Origin: Cyanobacteria bacterium J06626_4
GTDB lineage: Bacteria; Cyanobacteriota; Cyanobacteriia; Phormidesmidales; Phormidesmidaceae
Length of the DNA: 25,818 nucleotides
NCBI GenBank assembly: GCA_038523235.1
Contig: JBCBJQ010000086.1
Location: 1 to 25,818 of the forward strand
Reading direction: 5' to 3'
Shown here: in pieces, positions 9,138 to 16,979 of the stretch
Numbering within the stretch: the first letter of the stretch is position 1
How the letters are laid out: each line of letters starts with the position of its first letter
Notes under the pieces: model-generated
Told to the model about the DNA's origin: nothing
Database searches by the model: none
Seen by the model: the letters and a program-made list of their open reading frames with translations, nothing else
Program-made: the position numbers and the translations under genes

Positions 9138-9442
9138 CGCAGGGAGTGATTACATTCCTTTATTTTTGTCCTAATTAACCTCTCTTTGCCTACTCGTCCA
9201 AAGACATAAATCTGCGAGGCAGATTGAGCCTCACCCGATCGCTGGCGATCGATCACTTCAGACACCGGCCCATCCTATTAGCCGCAATAATCTGATGGCA
9301 GCATCCCAGATTCGTTGTTTAGGGCGGGCACCTTACCCGCCAGCAGGACTATCCAGACCAAATTGGGATGCCCTCAACTTGATCGACTTCAGCAAAACAG
9401 ACGTTCACTGCAATTCAGCATTAAATTTACCCTTTCCTCTTG

Positions 9443-9527
9443 AGGACTGACGCAGTTCACCAGATAAACACGCTTGGTCGAGGGGGATCTTACGCCATCT
9501 CAAAATCTCATTAAGTGCGTAAGTCCT
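9443..9527. mobile_element. 85-bp MITE-like element with 12-bp terminal inverted repeats
   Basis: AGGACTGACGCA (9443-9454) and TGCGTAAGTCCT (9516-9527, reverse complement AGGACTTACGCA), 11/12 match. AGGACTTACGCA is a terminus I recognise as a common dispersed repeat in filamentous cyanobacteria. Confidence 0.65.
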
Positions 9528-9739
9528 AGATCACGTAACTAAGTCAGCGTTAGTTGAATCGTCAGTACTGACTGAACTTCAGCGCGCTTCAAAAAATCAC
9601 GTCAGCAAAGGTGAGACTGCGTTGGCCCGAATGCGCCGATACGAGCTTCCTAAGATAGAGGCAACTTTCTGGCAATTACTCCAGAGTTATCGGTGTCCCC
9701 TCGTCTTCTTCGGAGTTCTACCTTTTGAAGGACATAGAG

Positions 9740-9783
9740 CATATCTGCAGATAGATGCTTTGCAAAGCCTTTCTACTGATAAT
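9740..9783 (+). promoter_or_regulatory. 7-2-7 box plus -10-like hexamer upstream of pmp3
   Basis: CATATCT-GC-AGATAGA (9740-9755, with perfect 12-bp palindrome TATCTGCAGATA), a 22-nt spacer, then GATAAT (9778-9783). Confidence 0.6.
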
Positions 9784-9810
9784 TAGCATGAACGTAAGAG
9801 ATGATTAAAA

Positions 9811-9969
9811 ATGGATATCTTAAGATTAATTGCGGCAATTCTTTTGCCCCCGTTAGGCGTGTTCCTACAAGTCGGGTTGAGCGGGCAGTTTTGGCTGAAT
9901 TTAGTGCTTACGCTTTTCGGCTACATCCCAGGGATTATTCACGCAGTTTGGATCATTCTAAAACGATAG
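9811..9969 (+). CDS. YqaE/Pmp3-family small membrane proteolipid (52 aa)
   Basis: Below the ORF-track cutoff. Translation MDILRLIAAILLPPLGVFLQVGLSGQFWLNLVLTLFGYIPGIIHAVWIILKR has the Pmp3 signature ILLPPLGV...FW.N..LTL.GYIPGIIHA.W. Confidence 0.95.
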   Translation: MDILRLIAAILLPPLGVFLQVGLSGQFWLNLVLTLFGYIPGIIHAVWIILKR

Positions 9970-10192
9970 ACCTCTAATTTTCCCTTCAGCATGGTTTAGC
10001 TAGACATGTACTGACACGCCTAGCTTTTTTAAATATGAAAGCAGAGAGTACGAGTCATTAAAATTCATAGAAAACTCTAGCTATAGGAACATCAAAAACT
10101 CTTTAAAGACTGTTTCAATATCTTCTTTCAGAGGGTGTTAAAAACGTAAAGCTATTACACAAATCAAAGTCCACCTAGTCGACTAACACGGA

Positions 10193-10236
10193 TGTATCTT
10201 TGGGGCGATGTTTATTTGAGTGCCGAATCTCATAAT
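10193..10236 (+). promoter_or_regulatory. Degenerate 7-2-7 box plus -10-like hexamer upstream of the csbD-like gene
   Basis: TGTATCT-TT-GGGGCGA (10193-10208), a 22-nt spacer, then CATAAT (10231-10236). Confidence 0.45.
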
Positions 10237-10294
10237 ATTAATTTTTCAATGTTGTTGATTGATTTGACAGTATTATTTTTTAGGCGATTGAATT

Positions 10295-10693
10295 ATGAAA
10301 ATTTCAGCGATCACGTCGAAGATCAAGCGTTCATTCTATGTTTGTCTGACGGCTTTGCTACTGTGTTCGAGCTTAGTCATCGGCACGGCTCAGCCAGCTT
10401 TTGCGGGTAATAAAGTTGCGAATATTGCCTAAAACCGGGCTGAGCAAGCGTTGGATGAAGTTGCTGGTGCGGGTACAGCAGAACAGCTCAAAGGGTGGGT
10501 TGAAGGAGATTTAGGCCGTGTACAACGCAAGGTGGGTCAAGTGACTGACCAGACTGCAGACCAAGTTAAAGGAGCGGCCAAGCAGGTTCAAGGCAAAGCC
10601 AAGCAAGATATTGGCCGGACTCAAGCCGCGGCAGAAGATGCCGCTGAGCAAATCGAAGATACCAGCGAAGGCTTGATTGATTCAGTTCTTTAA
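10295..10693 (+). pseudogene. Secreted CsbD/LEA-like stress protein interrupted by a nonsense codon
   Basis: ATG 10295 gives a signal peptide MKISAITSKIKRSFYVCLTALLLCSSLVIGTAQPAFA-GNKVANIA, then TAA (10430-10432), then the same frame continues NRAEQALDEVAGAG...DQVKGAAKQVQGKAKQDIG (CsbD-like). The track ORF 10451..10693 is only the part after the stop. Confidence 0.8.
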
Positions 10694-10757
10694 CTAAGCC
10701 GAGTCTGAATCAAGGAAATTTTGAGCCGAATTTCTTTGTAAAAGTAAGGGGTTCAGG

Positions 10758-11111
10758 ATGCAAACCTTGAACATTTTTCGTACCCAATTTGTAAAAGCTT
10801 TTATGGCTGTTGCGATGTGTGCTTTTATACTGCTGGAAACGGCCTCTCCAGCGATGGCTTTTGGCAATAGCTCCAGCGATCGCTCTCAGGGCTTGGTGGA
10901 AATGAATGAGATGAAGGAAATCTCTAAAGCCGCGTTTCGCAATGAGCCTCGCAGCACCGAGGAAGTGCAGAATAACGCTAAGCAGGGTTCCAATGCCGTT
11001 CAGGGCAGCGCCAATCTGGAAAAAATGAACGTTCCTGCCAATTCACAGCAAACTAGAACAGTTGCAGAGCAAGCAGAAGATGTTCTAGAGAATATTACTC
11101 CTGGACATTAA
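10758..11111 (+). CDS. Secreted hydrophilic stress protein of the cyanobacterial 'low temperature-induced protein' type
   Basis: Signal peptide ending in PAMA; hydrophilic mature part with EPRS.EEVQ...G.N.VQG.A..EKM..P.NS, recalled as this family's pattern. Confidence 0.7.
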   Translation: MQTLNIFRTQFVKAFMAVAMCAFILLETASPAMAFGNSSSDRSQGLVEMNEMKEISKAAFRNEPRSTEEVQNNAKQGSNAVQGSANLEKMNVPANSQQTRTVAEQAEDVLENITPGH

Positions 11112-11142
11112 TCATTTTTCACCCGTCAGCTAGTGACGTGAG

Positions 11143-11168
11143 CAGCCCCACCGTTGGGGCTGTTTTTT
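11143..11168 (+). terminator. Rho-independent terminator
   Basis: Stem CAGCCCCA / TGGGGCTG, 4-nt loop CCGT, followed by TTTTTT, about 30 nt after the 11111 stop. Confidence 0.85.
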
Positions 11169-11485
11169 GCTGAAAACCCGACATAAATTGATACGATTTT
11201 TTGGACTAGTCTCACTTTAAATTGTGAATTGTTTAAGGCTAGCCAACTGGATGAGTAAATGTTGTTTTCCTATCAAAGGGTTTTTCTGCAGGTGTTAGGA
11301 TACCCAGTAGATCCCTAAGACGAATTATTCCTACCGCAGTATTGCCAACGCTCGGTCAGGAGTCAGTCGTCATTGAAGCTGAAGCCACTCTATTCAAGTG
11401 CTGTTGTACCACTTGAAGAATGCCTTTTCGAGCTGTTCTGGTTGAGGTTGATTGATCCTACCTCAAGGCTTAAGGTTTCACGGAT

Positions 11486-11917
11486 ATGAAGACTCATAAC
11501 ATCGCGCTCGAAGACTGGGCGGCCAAGACCAACCAAGCCTTACCCATAATCATTGCCGTTGATGATGATGAGGACAGTCTTGTCCTGCTGAGTTACATCA
11601 TTGAAGAGTTGCCCTGCCTCTTCTTTTGCGAGACGGACGGTAAAGCGGCTTTGGAGATGATTTTGTCCCTCAGGCCTAGTTTGATATTGCTCGATGTGCG
11701 ACTGCCTAGTTTGAGTGGCTTTGATATTATTCGCAGATTAAAAAACTCAATAGACACTGCTCTGATTCCCGTTGTTGCAGTCACAGCGCTCGCCGGTAGG
11801 CATCAACAAGAGAAACTGCTAGCGGCCGGGTTTGATTATTACATTTGCAAGCCTTACAGCCTGATCGATCTTCAAGTCTTGATCAAGCGATGTTTGTTGG
11901 CTGGTAGCTCGATATAG
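11486..11917 (+). CDS. Single-domain response regulator (CheY/DivK-like)
   Basis: IIAVDDDED, ILLDVRLP..SG, PVVAVTA, AAGFD.YI.KP; no output domain. Confidence 0.9.
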   Translation: MKTHNIALEDWAAKTNQALPIIIAVDDDEDSLVLLSYIIEELPCLFFCETDGKAALEMILSLRPSLILLDVRLPSLSGFDIIRRLKNSIDTALIPVVAVTALAGRHQQEKLLAAGFDYYICKPYSLIDLQVLIKRCLLAGSSI

Positions 11918-11992
11918 GCATCTTGCAAGTAGAACCATGCCGCGATGCGCTGTTGGCTCAATGGGATTAATAAGCTTGTAAATACTAGTGAG

Positions 11993-12040
11993 ATCGGGAT
12001 TAATTAATTTCTAATTATCGGGATCAATTAATTTCTAACT
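11993..12040. repeat. Tandem duplication, 2 x 24 bp, AT-rich
   Basis: ATCGGGATTAATTAATTTCTAATT (11993-12016) and ATCGGGATCAATTAATTTCTAACT (12017-12040), 2 mismatches. Confidence 0.85.
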
Positions 12041-12153
12041 AAAAGAGAATTTGTCGCGCTATTGCGTTCAAAGGCAAAAAAGCTGGTAGCGCTTTGCTAT
12101 TAGCCATACATCATTCAAAGCAAGATAAGTCTCTAGTCAAACGTACCTGTCAT

Positions 12154-12546
12154 CTAGCGAAGTTCAGGAGTTTCTGCCAAAACAGCCACGATCGCCGTTC
12201 TGCCGGTTTCAAGGGTGGTGTCGCTTAAAACATCCACAACTTCAATTGACAGAATTTCTTGAATAACATCAACGAACAAGGGGCGAATAGCCGTATCCAG
12301 ATCTGAGCGCACCTGCTCAACGTCAACTTGTACCGGTGTCGACTCATCTTTTTCGCCTTCGATTAAAAGCTGTTCCAGCTTAGTTAAAGCATCTTCGGCA
12401 ATGACCACGACTGTGTTGTCAATAATTTGACACGTTACCTTGCCAGTAGAGTGGCCAATCTGATTCTTGTAGAGTTTCTGAATCTTTTGGGACAGCGTCC
12501 GTTGAGCTTGGCCCCGTGTGATGTTTCGAGTCCTTGCGCTAGACAT
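12154..12546 (-). CDS. DUF2294 (MpsC-like) family protein
   Basis: TRGQ..R.LSQ.IQ.LY...IGH...KVTC, ED.LT..EQLL, EQVR..LD and V.DVLSDT.L.TGRT..V.VL match the cyanobacterial DUF2294 pattern. Confidence 0.8.
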   Translation of the reverse strand: MSSARTRNITRGQAQRTLSQKIQKLYKNQIGHSTGKVTCQIIDNTVVVIAEDALTKLEQLLIEGEKDESTPVQVDVEQVRSDLDTAIRPLFVDVIQEILSIEVVDVLSDTTLETGRTAIVAVLAETPELR

Positions 12547-12782
12547 AGTGATGTAGGAGAAGGAGATTGACCACTGACGAGAACTTTAGAAATCTGAAAG
12601 TCTCAACCAGTCGTGAACAGATAAACGAATTTGAGACTTGCCGACTTGACAGTTGGATGAAGTGGTTAATTTAGTCTATTCAACTTAGCTGCTTATTTCA
12701 CCGCTCGTAATCTATTGATATTGATACTTTCTTGAGAAATATTGCAGGCGGCTAAAGATCAGGTTTTGGCTGTCGCGATTTC

Positions 12783-13148
12783 ATTGTCGCTAGCGCCACG
12801 GCTGATCGTGCCGCCCAGCAAACCCTGCCAGAACTGCGCCGCGCGATCGCCATTCGCACTCACACCCAGGTGGAAGATCGCCCCTGGCGCTGGTGGCTGC
12901 TGGACGGCATGAATCATTCAATTGCCGCGCAGATGAGTACCATCCAAGTGCCGGTCACGGTCATTGCGTCTGCGGATGACCCCGTTATTCCTTGGGCTAC
13001 CATTCAGCAAGAGGGGATGGCGTTGTTGCCGCAGGCTGAACTCGTCAAGCTGTTAGATGTTGGACATTTGATCCCGCTGGAGGTGCCTGATCAGTTGGTG
13101 CACAACATCCGCAGAGCGGTACCGGTCAGCCTTCTTGAAGCTCTTTAA
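12783..13148 (+). pseudogene. 5'-truncated alpha/beta hydrolase (C-terminal fragment)
   Basis: Has I.VPV.VIAS.DDPVI (acid) and VGHLIPLE.P (His) motifs but no nucleophile elbow. The frame is open only back to TAA at 12753, and the sequence upstream is an unrelated AT-rich promoter region. Confidence 0.75.
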
Positions 13149-13394
13149 CGCCCGGAAGATAGCCGTAAGCGCATTGACCGGCCATCCTCAGACCAGCGAT
13201 GCGCGCCAGCAGTCAATGCGATGATAGTGGTAGGCCATGTCTCAAGTCTCCCAAACTGATGCCATTGCTCCGGAGCTGGTCTCCGGCCCCCAAATTTTGG
13301 GATGATCGGCTTCAACATGCCCCAACATTGAGGGATGCCGGGGGCGAGGGCGTCAATTCTATTCTTGCTCATTATTTGGCAAACACTTTACGGC

Positions 13395-16300
13395 ATGTCT
13401 AACTCCCCAGTCGTTGTACTCACAATCGCGTCTGATGCTCAGAAAGCAGCCCCGGCCTTTCTGACCGAGTTGGCTGAGCAGAACTATATTGTGCATCGGG
13501 TCATGTCTCCCACGGCAGCAGCGGCTGAGGTAACGCAGCTCTGGGCTGGCACGACGGCGACGATTATTCTCGACTGCGCGATCGCGTGCCCTCAACTCAT
13601 GGCGATGCTAGAGCATTTGACCTCAACCGCGACCGCCGCAACGCCGGTCGTGATTATGATGGGCGTCAACGACGCTGAGTTGGCGGTGCAAGCGATGAAA
13701 GCGGGTGCCAGCGATTATTGGGTGCGCGATCGCGTGACCGCCGACCAAGTGAAGTCAGCCCTGGCCACTGGCAAAAAACAGCCGGAGTCAGCGGCCACTC
13801 CGGGGGAACCGGCAGCACCGACTGAGCGGCAACCCAGTGAATTCACGGCGCAACAGCAGCAACAGCGTTTTCAGTTAATGACCGAGACGATTCAGGATGT
13901 GTTTTGGATCGCCGACTTTCGGATTCCGCAGGTTTTCTATGTGAGCCCGGCCTATGCCGATATCTGGGGGCGATCGCCGGAGGCGATTTACCAAAACTAC
14001 GACTTGTGGGCCGACACGTTGCATCCCGATGATCGCGAGCGGGTGCTCGCTACAGCCGCTCAGTCCATCCATCAGGATGGGGTGGAGCAGGAATATCGGA
14101 TTGTCAGACCTGATGGCAGCATCCGGTGGATTCGCGATCGCGGGTTCGCCGTCAAGGGAGACAATGGCGAATTTTCTCGCATGGTCGGCATAGCTCAAGA
14201 CATCACTGAGCGTAAATGTGCGGCAGCGGCACTGGTAGCCAATGAGTCACGTTTGCAGGCCTTTGTGGAATCCAACGTGGTGGGGATTATTTACTGCGAT
14301 ATCCATGGCAACATCTTTCAGGCCAATGATGAACTCTTGAGGATTGTTGGCTACAGCTCAGATGACTTGGCCGCAAAGCGACTGCAGTGGATCGACATGA
14401 CGCCCCCAGAGTATCTGCCCCTCGACGAACAACGGATTGCCGAAGCCCAAGCGCGCGGAGCCTGCACCCCCTACGAAAAGGAATACATTCGCAAAGACGG
14501 TCAGCGGGTGCCAGTGCTGATCGGCTATACCCTGCTGGGCGAGCAGCGCGAAGAAGCCGTCGTGTTTGTGTTGGATTTAAGCAGTCGCAAAAAAGCTGAA
14601 CGGGCCTTGCGCCGCAGCAAAGACCGGCTCCGCATGGCGTTGGACTCAGCCCAACTGGGCACTTGGGATTGGCACTTCGTTAACAACGAGCTGGTGTGGG
14701 ACGACCGCTGTAAGGCGATATTCGGCCTAGCCGCCGAGGCGATCGTCACGATTGAGATGTTTTTCCAGGCATTGCACCCCGATGATCGTGAGCGGCTGCA
14801 GCAAGAGATTGCCACCAGTCTGAATCCGGCCAACGGGAGCAGCTATGCCTCAGAATATCGCGTCATTCGGCTCGATGATGGGGCCGAGCGCTGGATTATG
14901 GCCAAAGGGCAAATGTACTTTGCCGCCGATGGCACCGCTCAGCGCTTCATTGGCACCGTGATGGATATCACTGAGCGCAAACAGACCGAAACGGCCCTGC
15001 GAGACAGTCAGGAACGGTTGCAGATGGCGATCGCCGGGTCGGGCAGTGGCTTTTGGGATTGGCAGATCACGACCAATGAGGACTACTTCAGTCCGGAATG
15101 GCTGTACATGCTGGGCTTTGAGACTGGGGAGTTGCCTGACAAATACAGTTCATGGGAACAGCTCATTCACCCTGATGACAAACCGATGGTGATGGAAAAG
15201 CTGTATGCCCATTTGCAAGATGGTCAGCACCCTTATCAATTTGAATATCGGCTGATGACTAAGTCAGGCGATTGGAAGTGGATCGCGAATTACGGCAAGG
15301 TGGTCAAACGTGATGAGGCGGGCAAACCGCTGCGGATGGCGGGTATTCACTTAGACATCAGCGATCGCAAGCGCGCCCAAGCGCAATCACGATTGAGTGA
15401 AACCCGTTACCGCACCTTAGCAAATGCGGTTTCTCAACTCATGTGGATTAGCCAGGCCAGTGGCCAGATCGAATTTTTCAATGCGCAGTGGCATGACTAT
15501 ACCGGCCTCACAGAGCGCGATTTTGCCATTGGTGCGTGGCCCGAGGTGATTCATCCTGAAGATATAGACACGATTCAGACCGTGCAGACGGCGGCGATCG
15601 CCGGCAAAATTGCCTATGAAGTCGAAGCCCGAGTGAAACGCCATGACCAGTTGTATCGCTGGCATCTGGCGCGGGTCGTGCCCCTAATGGACGACACTGG
15701 GGCCGTGGTTAATTGGTATGGGACGGCGACCGACATTCACGATCGCAAGCTGGCCGAAGCGGAGCGTGAACAATTTCTCGCGCAAGAACAGGCCGCCCGC
15801 GCCGCTGCCGAACAGGCTAATCGGGTTAAAGACGATTTTTTGGCGATTTTATCCCACGAATTGAGATCGCCCCTCAACCCTATTTTGGGCTGGTCACAAC
15901 TCTTACGCACCCGCGAGTTAGACCGCGCGACCACGCTGCAAGCGGTGTCGACTATTGAGCGCAATGTCAAGCTGCAAACCCAACTCATTGATGATCTATT
16001 AGATATTGCCAAAATTCTGCGCGGCAAGCTGAAGCTGGCACCGGCACGGGTAGATTTAGCCTTGGTGGTGAGTGGGGCGATTGAAACCGTACAAACTGCG
16101 GCGGCGGCCAAAGCCATCACGATCAAGCCTGATCTGCAGGCGGTGGGCCATGTCTGGGGTGACGAGGGGCGGCTACAGCAGATTGTCTGGAATTTGCTGT
16201 CTAACGCGATTAAGTTCACCCCTGAGGCAGGGCAAATCACCATTTCACTCACGCAAACAGAGGCGGTTGCCCAAATCGAAGTTACCGATACGGGCAAGGG

Positions 16301-16949
16301 CATCCAGCCAGAATTTTTACCCCACATTTTTGAATCTTTTCGTCAAGAAGACGTTTCCATCACGCGAGAGTATGGCGGTCTGGGGTTGGGGCTGGCGATC
16401 GTCCGATATCTCACCGAGGCTAACGGCGGCCAGATCACTGCCGACAGCCAGGGAATCGGCCAAGGCGCGACGTTTACCGTGGCTCTACCTTTGCTGCCCG
16501 TGGCGGTAGCGGCTGCCCCCACCCACTCAGCAGCAGTAGACGCGTTCGACTTGTCTCACGTGCGCATCCTCGCGGTGGATGACGACCCCGATTGTCGCAA
16601 TTTGATGGCCACGATTCTCAAAGAGTATCAGGCCGAAGTGCTCATCGTTGGCTCCGCCCAGGAAGCCTTGACGCAGTTTCGCACCTTCAAGCCCGATATT
16701 CTCATTAGTGATTTGGGCATGCCCCAACTAGATGGCTATAGCCTGATCAAGCAAATTCGCTCACTCTCGGAGCGCAGCGGCGGGCAAGTGCCGGCGATCG
16801 CCCTCACTGCCTACACCCGTGCCGCAGATCAACAAAAAAGCCTGGCCCATGGTTTTCAACGCCATGTCGCCAAGCCGATTGAGATCGAGGGTTTGATCCG
16901 AACGATTTTTGAACTCGTCAACGCTCCTACTGATAATTCGCCAAGCTGA
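13395..16949 (+). CDS. Hybrid sensor histidine kinase: degenerate REC - 5x PAS/PAC - HisKA - HATPase - REC
   Basis: Five PAC ends (DITERK, DLSSRK, DITERK, DISDRK, DIHDRK), FLAILSHELRSPL, NLLSNAIKFT, D.G.GI, GGLGLGL and a C-terminal receiver (VDDD, SDLGMP, KP). ATG 13395 preferred; no TM segments seen. Confidence 0.95.
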   Translation: MSNSPVVVLTIASDAQKAAPAFLTELAEQNYIVHRVMSPTAAAAEVTQLWAGTTATIILDCAIACPQLMAMLEHLTSTATAATPVVIMMGVNDAELAVQAMKAGASDYWVRDRVTADQVKSALATGKKQPESAATPGEPAAPTERQPSEFTAQQQQQRFQLMTETIQDVFWIADFRIPQVFYVSPAYADIWGRSPEAIYQNYDLWADTLHPDDRERVLATAAQSIHQDGVEQEYRIVRPDGSIRWIRDRGFAVKGDNGEFSRMVGIAQDITERKCAAAALVANESRLQAFVESNVVGIIYCDIHGNIFQANDELLRIVGYSSDDLAAKRLQWIDMTPPEYLPLDEQRIAEAQARGACTPYEKEYIRKDGQRVPVLIGYTLLGEQREEAVVFVLDLSSRKKAERALRRSKDRLRMALDSAQLGTWDWHFVNNELVWDDRCKAIFGLAAEAIVTIEMFFQALHPDDRERLQQEIATSLNPANGSSYASEYRVIRLDDGAERWIMAKGQMYFAADGTAQRFIGTVMDITERKQTETALRDSQERLQMAIAGSGSGFWDWQITTNEDYFSPEWLYMLGFETGELPDKYSSWEQLIHPDDKPMVMEKLYAHLQDGQHPYQFEYRLMTKSGDWKWIANYGKVVKRDEAGKPLRMAGIHLDISDRKRAQAQSRLSETRYRTLANAVSQLMWISQASGQIEFFNAQWHDYTGLTERDFAIGAWPEVIHPEDIDTIQTVQTAAIAGKIAYEVEARVKRHDQLYRWHLARVVPLMDDTGAVVNWYGTATDIHDRKLAEAEREQFLAQEQAARAAAEQANRVKDDFLAILSHELRSPLNPILGWSQLLRTRELDRATTLQAVSTIERNVKLQTQLIDDLLDIAKILRGKLKLAPARVDLALVVSGAIETVQTAAAAKAITIKPDLQAVGHVWGDEGRLQQIVWNLLSNAIKFTPEAGQITISLTQTEAVAQIEVTDTGKGIQPEFLPHIFESFRQEDVSITREYGGLGLGLAIVRYLTEANGGQITADSQGIGQGATFTVALPLLPVAVAAAPTHSAAVDAFDLSHVRILAVDDDPDCRNLMATILKEYQAEVLIVGSAQEALTQFRTFKPDILISDLGMPQLDGYSLIKQIRSLSERSGGQVPAIALTAYTRAADQQKSLAHGFQRHVAKPIEIEGLIRTIFELVNAPTDNSPS

Positions 16950-16979
16950 CGCCTAGCGACCAGTTGGGAGCATTCGCGC

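Noticed and set aside
9561..9572. Perfect 12-bp palindrome GTCAGTACTGAC
   Set aside because: Single occurrence with no promoter context; a palindrome of this length is expected by chance in 25 kb.
9619..9650. CGTTGGCCC resembling the start of a glnA glutamine riboswitch
   Set aside because: The downstream conserved core and closing stem are not present.
10192..10410. 72-aa ORF MYLWGDVYL...
   Set aside because: It overlaps the promoter and the signal-peptide frame of the csbD-like gene in a different frame and has no motifs.
11993..12040. Possible CRISPR repeats
   Set aside because: Two adjacent copies with no spacer and no cas genes; a simple tandem duplication.
13145..13402. Short ORFs on both strands between the hydrolase fragment and the hybrid kinase
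   Set aside because: No recognisable domain or RBS, and they overlap each other; probably intergenic.
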